From contig JAQOWU010000003.1 in the NCBI GenBank assembly GCA_030867685.1, forward strand, positions 124,001 to 188,000: a stretch of 64,000 nucleotides of DNA, given 5' to 3'. This DNA comes from Wickerhamiella versatilis. Its lineage: Eukaryota. The notes beneath the pieces are model-generated. The model saw nothing but the letters and a program-made list of their open reading frames with translations, was not told where the DNA came from and made no database searches. The stretch's first letter is position 1. Each line of letters opens with the position of its first letter. Positions 35,189 through 47,066 of the stretch are shown in pieces. The translations under genes and the position numbers were made by a program.

Positions 35189-35746
35189 ATGCAGTTCGCC
35201 ACTCTTTCCATCCTCGCTTCTTTCGTTCTTGCTGCCCCATCGAACTTCGACAACACTGTCGAGGACTGCTTCGACCAGAGTGATTACGATGCTAACTCCA
35301 ATCCTAACATGGCTGGTCTTCATAATGCCATCACCAACTCGAAACAGGTCGTTGACACCCTTGCTGGCCAGATAAAATCTGGTGATGGTCACGCCGTTGC
35401 AAGCTCTCTCAACGCCTTGATCACCGGTACTGACTCCCAGATTGACAACGTCCTTGGCATGCTCACTGACTCCAAGGTATTGACCTACGGTACCCTTGGT
35501 CTTAACAAGGACATTGGTAACTTCCTCCTTGGTGACTTCTTCCAGTCCGTAACCAACGGGGTCGAGGTTCTGATCGGCAATATTGGCGGTGGTGCAATTG
35601 ACCTTGTTACTGACGGCGGTGTCAAGGATCTTTCACAAGCCATTGGCAAACTGAGTGACATGGCATCCAAAGACTATCACGTCAGTGACGACAAGGTCAA
35701 CGCACTGACCAACGCCAACACCCAGCTCATGCAGCTCAAGCACTAG
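35189..35746 (+). CDS. Secreted 185 aa protein, copy A
   Basis: Signal peptide MQFATLSILASFVLA; strong C/T-ending codon bias; near-identical to 58023-58580. Confidence 0.9.
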   Translation: MQFATLSILASFVLAAPSNFDNTVEDCFDQSDYDANSNPNMAGLHNAITNSKQVVDTLAGQIKSGDGHAVASSLNALITGTDSQIDNVLGMLTDSKVLTYGTLGLNKDIGNFLLGDFFQSVTNGVEVLIGNIGGGAIDLVTDGGVKDLSQAIGKLSDMASKDYHVSDDKVNALTNANTQLMQLKH

Positions 35747-36954
35747 ACGAATATATGTAGCGTTCTAAATAGATATAAATAAATTTCAATATATCCTCTC
35801 CCTGTTCTACCTAAAGGCATAATACAATTTGCATACGTGGATCCATGTGATATCCCAACAGTAACTTTGCTGCTGCTAGAGATTCATACAATAACTGATA
35901 TAATAAACCTTTTAACACTTTCCCTGATAAACTGCATACGATGATGAGATGTCCTAACAGTGAATATGTCAAGGTAAGTCATGCTATTATCCCGGTCCAG
36001 ATATTGATTCAAATGATCTCCACCGGAAGAGATAGCCCACTACAAAGAGGGGCCTTCTATTGTATCTAGGAATCTAATTTTCCACTTTTTTCCAAGAATT
36101 AAAAATCATATGAAGAAACCATTCGTAGTCAAGAGGCTTACTGATGCTGAATGCACGTGGCATGAATTTTACACCGCTCAGTAAAGTCCTGGACGCTAGA
36201 CGGGAATGTGATTAGCGCTGATGGAGTAAAGAGCCAGTATAGTCTTTAATACAGTAGATGTTGTTAAAATACTTTCTGGAGCTACACTAAGCTGATTTAG
36301 CCGGTTGGAACACATACGTCCCTACCTTCATGCATGTGTCGAACGCTTTGCAAATTTAAAACCTGCATATAAAAGTAAAGCTAATCATCTGTCGATTATT
36401 ACATTTCAAAGTATTATTTATCCCTTAATTATTTTTATGTCGGCGACGGTACGGTCATAGTTCATTTCGTAATCAGTACTAACTGCGGCTAGTGGGACTA
36501 CTCCATCATAAATAAAAATAATCGGTACTGTTTAGACATCATAGTCTTGTATAGCATTCATTCGAAAAGATTAGTCCGAGGAATTCAAAGCACTCAGCTG
36601 TTGAGAGGCTATCAGCCTCGCAGGCTGATTTTTATTGTTTAAAAATAGAAGTGATCTGCAATTCCTTACATCATATGCGATATGACGCTATAACTGCTTT
36701 AAAAGATGTGAAGAGTAGGAAGGAGGGTACAAAGTTCGTAGTTACTGTAATCCTATATCAATGGTGATGTCAATTATGTTGGAATACCAATAAAGTTCCG
36801 ATATTGGGATCGCTGCCATGCATATAGCCTTTATGGCTTAGTTCCAGTGTCCGGGGTCCCAAGAATACCCCGGCCCTGCTTGATTATCACTAATACCAGA
36901 AAATAATATATAAGAAAGGGCTAAATTTTGCTACTTTTACAATAAAACCCAATC

Positions 36955-37413
36955 ATGAAACTCAACTTCCTTAGTTCACTGGCTTTGCTTGGCCTTTCTC
37001 TCGCTGACCACAAGGTGTCTCTCATCTGCACATCAAATTCGACAGCCATTAACGAAATGGGACTCACATTTGCTCATGTAGGTGCAGGTGATAATGCAGT
37101 GTTTATGACCAATGACCACATTAGTTATTCCTTTTCCAGCGCTGATTCAAGCGTTTACATGACGGCGGGTGGGAACCGCTACAACCTGACTGCATACGAA
37201 CATGACGGGTCCAGTAGTGTCGATTTCAGTCTTCTTGGTGGAGGAACCCCTGTATTAGCTGCAGACACAAGCATGGGTTTCCTCACAGTGAATGGAAGCA
37301 AGACGTTCTATGGAAAGAATATTACTTATAACGGAGCTTCCTCAATTGCACTTCTACCCATTGAAGAACCTGATAGTGTGCCTCTCCAAATTCAATTTAT
37401 TGCCACGGATTAG
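36955..37413 (+). CDS. Small secreted protein resembling the Rhd3/Pga29-31 cell-wall domain, no GPI tail
   Basis: Signal peptide; INEMGLTFAHVGAGDNAVF recalls the family GLSSxHEGAGINY motif; TATATAA about 45 nt upstream. Confidence 0.7.
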   Translation: MKLNFLSSLALLGLSLADHKVSLICTSNSTAINEMGLTFAHVGAGDNAVFMTNDHISYSFSSADSSVYMTAGGNRYNLTAYEHDGSSSVDFSLLGGGTPVLAADTSMGFLTVNGSKTFYGKNITYNGASSIALLPIEEPDSVPLQIQFIATD

Positions 37414-37502
37414 AAAGAAAGGCCTTGGCTACATGCACTATTGGAACCATGATAAAAATTACCAGCTATTGATATATATACATAGAATATGGTATATTAA
37501 TT

Positions 37503-39116
37503 TTACCTGAAACTAGCTTGTTGATGTAGCGATGGTGCATCATTTTGAGATGAGTCCATTACGTTATCCTTAAGCGGGTGATGATCATAGATACGCTCAT
37601 ATGCCTGGCTTCTTGGACAAACATCCTGGAAAATACATCGCGAAATCACTTGACCAGTCTTCTTACCTTCTGCCCAGGCACCTTGGATGAATCCCAGCGA
37701 TTCGCGGCTATATGCCTCACCAGTGAAAATAACCTTACCATCACTAATAGGCTGTCTTAAGTTCCAATGATGCTGGTCGCTAAAGCCAATAGGCCAATTG
37801 GAATATGATCCCCGGAATAGCGGATCATGATTCCAGAGCGGTACTGTCATATCTAAGGGTTCTGGTACGTCATCTCCATATAGTTCTCTCAGTTTATGAA
37901 GAATCTCGGCCTTGATGTCTTCCTTGTCCATGTGGCTGACTCGTATGGCCTCATCTTCTGTCTGTGTCACAAAAAATATATATCCTGTCTCACTTCCGTT
38001 GAAATAGCCAGGAGCATTTAAGTTCTTCCATAGCGGATATCTTCCCCTAACATCGGGGTCAGCGTAACCAACATGCGCCTCATCTCCCCAAAATTGGCGA
38101 TCAAAAAGGAGATGAATCTTTTGGTAATAGGTCATGTAGAACGCACTAATTGCCTCTCTCTTCCAGTTAGGTAAAACGGGGTCCCACGTCAAAAATTGGT
38201 CTTGGAGAACGCCAATACTCATAGTTGAGACAACGTGCTTACGCGCAATGAATTTCTCATCGTTCTCAGTAGTTAGGATTGTTTCATTACCAGAATAGTC
38301 CACTTTCCTAATAATAGTGTTCAGACGGAGTCTTGGATCATTTAAGGTTCCATTAAACTTTTCCTTTAACTCATTTTCGAAAATATATTTATATCCTCTT
38401 TGATCGACCACAAGACGCACCTTAGAATCGTCAGCAAATGGCTTATATTGTGATTTAGAAAATGTATGCAGCAAACTGCATGTATCAGGCGATTCTGCAA
38501 GCATGTAATCCACGGCGAACCACTCTAAAAGTTTTTCTATAGGCGTTGTGGGCAACCAGTTTACCATTCGTAACCCCGCGCGCAGAGTCATATCCACAAG
38601 ATTATATTTCCGGCGATAATGAGCAAAATCAAAGATCTCTTTCAGTGCTTGTGTGAGCACAGTATTCTCCGCGTCCGTTTTGACATATGATCCTCTTGGT
38701 CTCGATGTCTCTGAGGGGTTAACTCCCCAGTTACCCTCGAAATACTTGATATTAGAGTCCACAGATCTCTCTTCAACAGTTTTCAGCTCCCACTTCTCTG
38801 CTAATCTTTGAATCTCTTCAGCATTTCTACCCTCAATCCAATTAGCCCCTATTTCGATATAGGTTGTTTGGCCACTGTTGGGGTTTGTCAAACCTTCTGT
38901 TTGTACGCGGCCTCCAACCTCATCACGGCCTTCAATAATGATAAAATCCTCAATGCCATTATCCAGCAATGTGAGAGCAGTGGCTATACCAGAAACACCA
39001 GCGCCAATTATAATAATATCAGCCTCTCCTGCGATTAGTTCGCCATTCAAGTTAGTTCCTGTGACCAACGAAAGCAAAATAGGGATCGCGAAATTAAAAA
39101 TACTATGCCATTTCAT
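37503..39116 (-). CDS. Flavin-containing polyamine oxidase, secreted type
   Basis: Signal peptide; IIGAGVSG, EGRDEVGGR, EIGANWIEG, WNHDPLFRGSYSNWPIG, FTGEA...GFIQGAWAEG. Confidence 0.92.
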   Translation of the reverse strand: MKWHSIFNFAIPILLSLVTGTNLNGELIAGEADIIIIGAGVSGIATALTLLDNGIEDFIIIEGRDEVGGRVQTEGLTNPNSGQTTYIEIGANWIEGRNAEEIQRLAEKWELKTVEERSVDSNIKYFEGNWGVNPSETSRPRGSYVKTDAENTVLTQALKEIFDFAHYRRKYNLVDMTLRAGLRMVNWLPTTPIEKLLEWFAVDYMLAESPDTCSLLHTFSKSQYKPFADDSKVRLVVDQRGYKYIFENELKEKFNGTLNDPRLRLNTIIRKVDYSGNETILTTENDEKFIARKHVVSTMSIGVLQDQFLTWDPVLPNWKREAISAFYMTYYQKIHLLFDRQFWGDEAHVGYADPDVRGRYPLWKNLNAPGYFNGSETGYIFFVTQTEDEAIRVSHMDKEDIKAEILHKLRELYGDDVPEPLDMTVPLWNHDPLFRGSYSNWPIGFSDQHHWNLRQPISDGKVIFTGEAYSRESLGFIQGAWAEGKKTGQVISRCIFQDVCPRSQAYERIYDHHPLKDNVMDSSQNDAPSLHQQASFR

Positions 39117-39407
39117 GTTGCAAAGTGGAGGTAATAAAAATCAGTGTCTCTTATTCAGAGAAGACTAGTTATAGCTATCTGTCTGCCAGAATATTAGTAA
39201 CACGACTTCCTCTTTTGGTAACGCAGCCGAATAATAGATCTCTGAAAATCATCGTAATCCAACCAGTCTCAGGTAGTGAAGAAGGGAAATTATGTCCATA
39301 GATTCCTCAGTAGGAGACTTGGAGAACATATGACTAAAATGATAAATTTAAGGTAACGAAAAATCCATAAAACTATAGCGTTTTTACATATCTCTCCTAC
39401 TTATGAC

Positions 39408-41144
39408 TCAAACGCCTTCCTTATGGGCTTTCGCAATCAAAAAATCCCAGTCGGTTTCTCTGACAAAATAGAAACTCCCTAAATTGACAACCAGTAAGCC
39501 ACTGGTTATTGCAATCCACATTCCCTGGAGTCCGAGGCCTAGTTTGAATAAAAGAACCACCCCTGTTGGAAACCCAATTGCATAATATCCAACTGTGTTT
39601 AGAGAGCCACCAATAAATTGACGCCCTTGACCTCTCAAGACCCCAGCAAGCTGGCAACACATTCCGTCAAGAACATGCATTGCCGCAGCCAATGGCATGA
39701 CTTTTGCTGCAAGTTCTGTAACATGCTGGTCATTAGTAAATAGACCAATCATAGAGTACCGAGAAAAATAAAGTATTAATGCATTAATCACCGTAATGAA
39801 TAACCCAAGCACCAGGGAAACGTGGCTCGTGCGTTTTGCGGCATCCACCGCACCCGCACCAGTAAAACCAGCAATACGTGTAGATACCGACACTGAAAAA
39901 GCAAATGGAATCTCATATGCCAAAGAGACAATTGATGCAAGTATTGTCTGTGCTGCAAGAGCAGTGGTACCAAGATATGAAGATCCTAGAGTCATTACTT
40001 CATAGGCGAAAAATTCTGCCTCAACCATGACGACCCCAGGAAATGCAAGACGGATAAGTGGTTTCCAATTGGTAAATGCTTCTGTCGTAAATCCATTCCA
40101 ACACTTCTCACCATTTATAAATACAATATAAGCAAGAAGGAAAACAGCAAGCAGCCAGTTTGTCACCATCATCGCGAGTGGTGCTCCATAGAAGCCAAAA
40201 CCAAATGTCTCGTTCCACACAAGAAAATAATTTAAAAAAATATTTAATGGAACACAAAGGAACAAGACAAAAGTTGATGCATGATATATTCCCTGGGCTT
40301 GCAAAAATCGTTTCCCGCATTCAAAAATAATGTATCCCGGCATACCAAACAAGCATATTCGTAGATAGCTTGTGGTAAGCTCCAGCAAGTTCCCTTCGCT
40401 AGAGGCAACAAAAAATGGGAGTATCATGTCAATCCTATACCATAGGAAGAAAATTGGGATCATGACTACACTTGTGAGCAATATGCACCTTTGGACGTAA
40501 AGCCCAACTTGCTTGGGCCTTCCAGCTCCATAGGCTTGTGGGCATAAGGTATCAAGGCAGGTAGCTATACCTTGAATCATTGCAAAGCCAGAGACATTTG
40601 CTGTCATTGTAGCAAGTGACACGGCACCCAGCTCCACTTTACCGAGATGTCCAACTGAGAACAATGCCGCCATCTCAAGCAAATACTGCAAAAAAAAAGC
40701 TACAATAAGAGGAAAGCTATTATGAATCATAACACTGGCTTCATTCCAGTATGACATGGTATGCCCTACTTTTATTATTGTCGAAGACACACGGTTGGGC
40801 TCTAGAGCGTTATCAGAAGTTGCACCATGGTTGTTTTCGTCGCTTTTGGAATCCAGCAAATTCCTGCTTTCGTCATTTATCGATCTGCTGCGGACTATAA
40901 TGATATCATCAATGGCATCTGATATTGGAGCCCATAAGTTAGGGCCCTGCTGGTTTAGGAAAGCGTCACATGCTGGTGCCGGTGCCCTAAGGGGTACCCT
41001 TCTAGACGAACGTGGTATTGCTATAGGTAAGGCAGCCGGAATTTTGTTTCTTTTGTCTTTAAAACGGTTTTGAAATAAATTCTCAGGAAGCAGCGCGTAC
41101 CTTCCTTTATATATGTAGGCGGCTGAAGCAGCATTACTCATCAT
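39408..41144 (-). CDS. MATE-family transporter (Erc1-like); start uncertain
   Basis: SVGHLGKVELGAVSLATMTAN, LDTLCPQAYGA, KRFLQAQG, GVLRGQGRQFIG. Confidence 0.92.
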   Translation of the reverse strand: MMSNAASAAYIYKGRYALLPENLFQNRFKDKRNKIPAALPIAIPRSSRRVPLRAPAPACDAFLNQQGPNLWAPISDAIDDIIIVRSRSINDESRNLLDSKSDENNHGATSDNALEPNRVSSTIIKVGHTMSYWNEASVMIHNSFPLIVAFFLQYLLEMAALFSVGHLGKVELGAVSLATMTANVSGFAMIQGIATCLDTLCPQAYGAGRPKQVGLYVQRCILLTSVVMIPIFFLWYRIDMILPFFVASSEGNLLELTTSYLRICLFGMPGYIIFECGKRFLQAQGIYHASTFVLFLCVPLNIFLNYFLVWNETFGFGFYGAPLAMMVTNWLLAVFLLAYIVFINGEKCWNGFTTEAFTNWKPLIRLAFPGVVMVEAEFFAYEVMTLGSSYLGTTALAAQTILASIVSLAYEIPFAFSVSVSTRIAGFTGAGAVDAAKRTSHVSLVLGLFITVINALILYFSRYSMIGLFTNDQHVTELAAKVMPLAAAMHVLDGMCCQLAGVLRGQGRQFIGGSLNTVGYYAIGFPTGVVLLFKLGLGLQGMWIAITSGLLVVNLGSFYFVRETDWDFLIAKAHKEGV

Positions 41145-42319
41145 AATCTACATGAACACCTGCTACATAATTCTCTCAAGAATATATTAAGGTCACATAG
41201 CAGCGTAAGAGTGAAGCATAGATAATAATAATAAAATACATATCGAAAGAATGTTAAATATCATTGCACTCTACCGGAAGAAAACACAGTCGCCTCTATC
41301 ACACTTCTTCTCGGCTGTGTTTCCTTATTGGGAGAGAGACATAATATCTGACATATACGAAGGCCTCTCCGATACGAGGGGTCTCTAGTAACTTAAGTAA
41401 TGGTATTTTGACAAGAAAAAACTTGATTATTTATTAAATCGCGAATATTTATAAAGTTTTTGTGGGGTATGCAACATAGTTATTTGCTAGTATTCCTCCA
41501 GGTAAAGCTTTTACATAGATAAATCATAATATACACTAGTGAGGTTGCCAGTCTCTGGAAATTATGGAATCTATTGCTACTAGCTGAAATTTAGCTAGAG
41601 TTGGTAGAAAGAATTGTCTTAAGATTTGAATCTCTAAATACTTGAAAATAGAGAAAAAAAAACCAAAAAAAAATTATGCACTTGTCGCTTTTGCCGGATT
41701 ACGTGCGGCTTCGCTATTGGTGCAATTTTAGCTTTATGTGCCTAGGGTAAATAGCTGGGTTTGCGAACCTTATCTGCTAACATGTTGCTCGAGTATGTCA
41801 GCTGCGCTAAGGTGGTGGAACATTATGTGAAATTTCATTTCTGTATCGCGATAAGATGTCATTATCAAAGTATAAGCTCAGGTTTTCTAATATATGAGCA
41901 GCAGTGATGTATGCCACCACGCCACTTTCCTGTTGACACCCGTTCCAGACGGGACGCCTATAAAATATTAGCTTATAAGCTCTTGCTACAGCTCTTACAC
42001 TTAAATCGATCATGGAATAGTGTGAGAAAAAGCAATGTAATTCTTTCCTGGACCAGCTCAACTTAGTACACGACTGCTTATTTATTACATGTGATAAACT
42101 GACTAACGAGCTAAATGGCTAAAACTATATCAAATACCTGATTGGGTATGTATACAAGGTACACCAACACTAGACTCTGTCTGATAGATTCTTCGGACGG
42201 TAATTCAATCTTGGGTCTATATGATCAGTTTTAACTAGTACCTTGCAACTCGTTCCTTGATGCCGCATTGGTCGGCGATGACACCAGAAGACCTTTTAGA
42301 AAAAGTAATTCTTGTGGGA

Positions 42320-42950
42320 GCTGGCGGGAGCAAATGATGATATTTGTATTCGCAAGGGAGCAGCAACTGAATTTGCCACATAGGGTATGCGTTACTGTAG
42401 CTAGCCGCAATGAAGCTAAAACCAAGGAAGTACTTTCAGGCTTGTGGGACAGAAGTGGAAATGAAGATATCAATTCTTTAATCATTAATTTGATTCGAGT
42501 AGCTGGTGTCAGCCGTTTAGCTGAGGAATTCAAGACGTTACATGATCGCCTTGATGTTCTGACAAACAATGCTGGCGCTACTTTCAAAGAACCAAAACTA
42601 GGTCCTGATGGTGTAGAGATCACCTTTTGAGCTAGAACATCTATCACAGTATGAAATGACGGTATCTTTGCTTGATATAACTCGCACCACCCCTGATGTA
42701 ATTCAACATTAAGCTCCATGCAAGACCGTGGGACACTAGGCTCGGCTGAGTCGCTACATCATCGGACCAGAGCTATGCCAATACAAAACTAATCGAGAGT
42801 GTGTTTATAATAGAACTGCAAAGAAGACCTGACGATACGGCCGTCGCTAACGGCTTTGATCCAGGCATGTTGTATACCAATTTCGGTGCTTTTGGATCCA
42901 TACAAGGATTAATACCAATCGGAGTGCTGCTAGCTTCAATTATTGGCCGG
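42320..42950 (+). pseudogene. Degraded short-chain dehydrogenase/reductase (retinol-DH-like)
   Basis: VTVASRNEAK...HDRLDVLTNNAGATF...DGVEITF* then, in another frame, SYANTKL (YxxxK)...ELQRR...ANGFDPGMLYTNF; stops and frameshifts. Confidence 0.8.
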
Positions 42951-44760
42951 TGAATACAGAAAATTCAGATGATGGTCAACATGAGTAGACTTGGCTCGTT
43001 ATTGTATTAGGGCGTCTAAATAATAATAGTTCTCACCTTGCACAGCAAATGGCTGCAACTAAAATATCACATTCTGCTTAACGATTTAGAGCTCCCAGGT
43101 TTTCACCATCATAATTGGCATGTGTGCTAACTATGGGTTTGAAAATTGCATTCTTAGACGGCGTTAAACTACAGAAGTAAAATCCCTAAGTGCGTACATG
43201 GGTGTTACGATAGTCTTACTGGGCGAAGGAGAAAACCCTAAATCGTAGCCGATCCCGAATAAGACAATTTGACTGATAACATATATCAAGCAAAGAGAAA
43301 GGATCATTCTATACTGTCTCACCCACTCTCCAGGTAATGTACTACGTAATGTGCCATACCGCGACCCCTTACCCCAATATCTCGAGATCGTGGAGTACCA
43401 GGTCAAGTCTGCGAGAGGTAGGAAGTTGAAAGATATCAATCCGAGGATATATTACATAGCGCGAGATATACCTATGATATTAGGTGTAGAAAGCTCGGAA
43501 TCCAGGATATTGCGAAATGGCGTTAGGAAAAATAACATAATTGATTATTATCGGATTCCAGTGAGTGACTGGGTGACTTCAGAGACGTATTGGCACTAAA
43601 ATAGAGACCAGCAGTAAGTTTCCAAGATGTGTTCCACAGTTTGACAAGAGACGTACCCCTGTCGTATTTAACAATTGATGCGCGCGCTGTGGGTGTACGC
43701 CATGAGGTAAGGGGAGTAAATTTCTCTGTCTACTTGAGGGCTGGGGTATTATTGCATTCTGAAAAAGTTTGCAGAGGGTACGTAGGTTTGGCGGAATAAC
43801 TGTTCCAATATTATGTCTCCATTAGCTATAGCTCTTTTCAGACCAGTCAATTACCATAAGGGTGGTGAAATGATGTGAACCTAAATAAAGGGATTAAAAG
43901 CTGAAAAAATATTAAAAATAAATGTATATATTTAGCTCCCGTCATCGCCCACCTTTGAAGCTGAAGTGGATATATTTCCCTTCGAATACAAAAAAAAGGC
44001 AGCAGTGGGGGAACCAAACCAGTAGTATTGGCATTTTATAATTTCAAGCAAAATAATAGGTTTCGAACTAGATTGAGCTTCGTGTAGCGTTTAAGCCTAT
44101 GTTTCTTACCGCTCTATATGCAACCTTAAACCCCACCCTTTTCTGATTGTTTCTTGCGTAAATCCTCATAATTTCTGACAGACATACTGGCTTACCCCAA
44201 ACGAGGAAATCGACCAATCTGCAGTATATACCGCGCGCAGCCTTGAATGTCTTCTTGTGCGGGCGTCGGGTGAAAAAAGCCGACAAATGTATTAAGTAAG
44301 CCTTAGGTGGGCAGAAAAGAGCTGCACGGTAAGTGTGGAGCTAACGAAAAGCCGTTAAAATAGAAACCGAAGCTGCTTCAATTAGCACCGAGTCCGCCAT
44401 TGAGATCGAGAAAGTAATATTCGCAACAAGCCATGGGCACACATCTGGGAAGTGCAATTAATAACATGTGAATATGCAGTGAAACCGTTTCCGGCGGCAC
44501 CGGCTTCTATAGTTGCTTCCCGAAAAAATTACATCCCACGTGTTTATGGAGGCGCCATAAGAAAATAGGACATAGAGAAGCACAAGATCATGATTTTCCA
44601 TGGCACTTAATCACGAGCGCTACCCTTGAGCAAGCCTTCTAGAGACAAGGAGACGCGAATACCCAGATGCTGCATAGACGATTACGTGGATTGCATGTAC
44701 TTACCCAATAAATAATATTGGCCCATTGGATAGCGATTGACCGTTTCATCTTACCAGTCT

Positions 44761-45396
44761 ATGGATTTGAGTCTGATTGTTGATGGATTTGCCGATGGGA
44801 AACAAGGCGGTGCATGCTCCGAGGTGATTGAGAGACCCGGCCTCGGAAGGTTGACGGGAAAGTGTGGATTAGGTTCGCTAGACTTGGCACCCTTGGACGA
44901 AAGAAAAGCACACAGCGCAGAGCCCCACAATGACAGAAGGAGTGCAGAGCTTGAGAAACAACGGCTCTCATTCAACTTGCCAATCGTCACAGATCAGAAT
45001 CCTTTGAAAATGGAACGAATACCGCGATCACCATTTCTCGAGCAAGATTCTGTCGATAATACTTGGCAAAGCAAGATGCATGCCCAACTCTCCAAGGTCT
45101 GGACGGGCAAAACTGCCACGCGCTGTACTGATCATAACTTCGTAACGGCGGGAGACTCTGAGGACGACGAATATTACAAGATTGAACTAGTGAAGCGTCT
45201 TGTTACTGCCAAGATATCATGTGGGAATCAATTTGCGTGCCAACTATGTACACGAAAGTTTCGCAGGAAAAGTGATCTCTCAAGGCATTTGTACGCCCAC
45301 CTTAACATTCGACCCCATGCTTGTCAAATATGTGGAAAACGATTCGTGCAAAAAGGGGCAGCAAAGATACACATGAAGACACACAACCACCAATGA
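44761..45396 (+). CDS. C2H2 zinc-finger transcription factor (two C-terminal fingers)
   Basis: CQLCTRKFRRKSDLSRHLYAH and CQICGKRFVQKGAAKIHMKTH; ATG 44761. Confidence 0.88.
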   Translation: MDLSLIVDGFADGKQGGACSEVIERPGLGRLTGKCGLGSLDLAPLDERKAHSAEPHNDRRSAELEKQRLSFNLPIVTDQNPLKMERIPRSPFLEQDSVDNTWQSKMHAQLSKVWTGKTATRCTDHNFVTAGDSEDDEYYKIELVKRLVTAKISCGNQFACQLCTRKFRRKSDLSRHLYAHLNIRPHACQICGKRFVQKGAAKIHMKTHNHQ

Positions 45397-46129
45397 ATGC
45401 ATGACAATTACCGAAGTTTAAATTTTATTCGCTAACTAGCCATTATACAACCTGTAATCTATCCACACACCTCCAAGAAATACTTTTTTTACATATTTAT
45501 TTGAGCTGCTTACCACACTGATAGTTCCAACTCTCCAAATTCCATTGCAAACGCAACAATCTAGCCAGGGCTTGAGAAACAGGCATTGTCGGTGATGCTA
45601 TTTTCGGGATGGTGCAATATCTGGGAGAGGGGACGTAATATCTGAGTATAGTTAATAAGAGGTTATGCAAGAATTCTCTGCATAAGTGTGGAAAATAAGA
45701 CATGGAGGTATCATCGGTTGGCAGAGGCCCCGATAGCTTGAGAAAGATTCTAGCCAGAGGTATATTTTGCTGCAGCTAGCATATGAACGCTCCTCGCCTG
45801 CTCCAGCGTTATTTTAAGCTTCACCAGCATTGAACCTGACCGGGCTCTGCTGACTCACAACACGGTGGGCTATCGGCTCGAGCCTAAACACCCTTTAGGT
45901 TACCAGCTTGAGCATGATTACGTGGGCATAATTTCAAACTCTAAGTGGGGTTACCACTGAGTAGATCACTTAAATAAGGTTAATTGAGAAGAACAAGATA
46001 GGACGATGTAGAGTGCTATGCTCACAAACATGTAGGATGGCAGTGGAAGTCTAAAAAAAAAGACACATAGTGCTGCAAAATCGATCACCAGATGTTGGAA
46101 TTCATATTGTGTTAAGATATGCCATGGCC

Positions 46130-46550
46130 TTCATGGCCAGCTATTGTATTATATGTAAAATGAGACCTCCCCAAGATGTCACAACAACATATGTGCTAAG
46201 GATTGGTCGAAGTTGCGGGCTAAGGAAGGATAAATTTAGAATTGGTAGATTCGCTATGGCTGAAAACATTAGCGACGTCCCGTTACTGTATGCCTAAAAA
46301 ACCGATGCTTGACGTAAAAAGAAAAGATATATTATGGATTATTACGGCGTCGGTAAGACCTTCTCCACTCTTAGCCTCCGCCATATCTGTAGATAACAAT
46401 CTTGTTCCTGATTCAGGGGCCCCATATCGAATGTTTAGTCACGAACGCTTGAACTCAAACACCGATGACAGCTAACATGGCCAATAATGATTTACTACTT
46501 AGCATGAGACATTCCAAAGACCCATATTTCAATATTGAAGGAGAAATACC
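46130..46550 (+). mobile_element. Possible degenerate Ty1/copia gag-protease relic
   Basis: YCIICK (partial zinc knuckle) followed by LVPDSGAPYRMFS (cf. copia protease WxLDSGASxHM) and MANN (cf. xANG); frames broken, no LTRs identified. Confidence 0.35.
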
Positions 46551-47066
46551 CCGATTGGCCCTGTTTGGCTTTCCAATCGGCGTGATTCAGTCATCGCAAG
46601 CACCGTTAATAGAAGCTCGGCGGGGGCCCCAAACGCCGAATGTCATCGAACGAACGCAACGCACGGTATTACTAACATCTTCCTAGCCCAGACAATGGAC
46701 CAACCCGGATAAGACAAAGGACTATAGTCTTGGTTAGGTTCTATTCATTGGGTTTAGAACTAAATAATCCATATAAGTTAGGTCACACCACTTTAGGACT
46801 CATAATATTTGCTAAAAGTTGGTAATTTTGTCTGCCGCGATTTCCATGTATTGGTAATAGGGCACCCCCCGCGCTTTGTTGAGTGAACGTGCATGAGATT
46901 CTCGTGCCTCTTCCTCGAACTATATGATATCTGAAGGTGTGGCTCTTTTATTAGCAGCGATGCGAACTAAATAGCAACTCGGACATGCTTGCTGTTATGC
47001 CGCAGATCACTCCCTTTCTACATTAGTCATAGATTAAACTACCTACATATCTCGGACCGAAGTTTA

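Noticed and set aside
21851-36045. Shared 12-mer AGATAGCCCACT near two secreted-protein genes (~21851 and ~36030)
   Set aside because: Flanks do not align, and exact 12-mer pairs are expected by chance in 64 kb.
43164-43599. Short ORFs and a TGTTACG start suggestive of a solo LTR
   Set aside because: No matching terminal inverted end, target-site duplication or second copy found.
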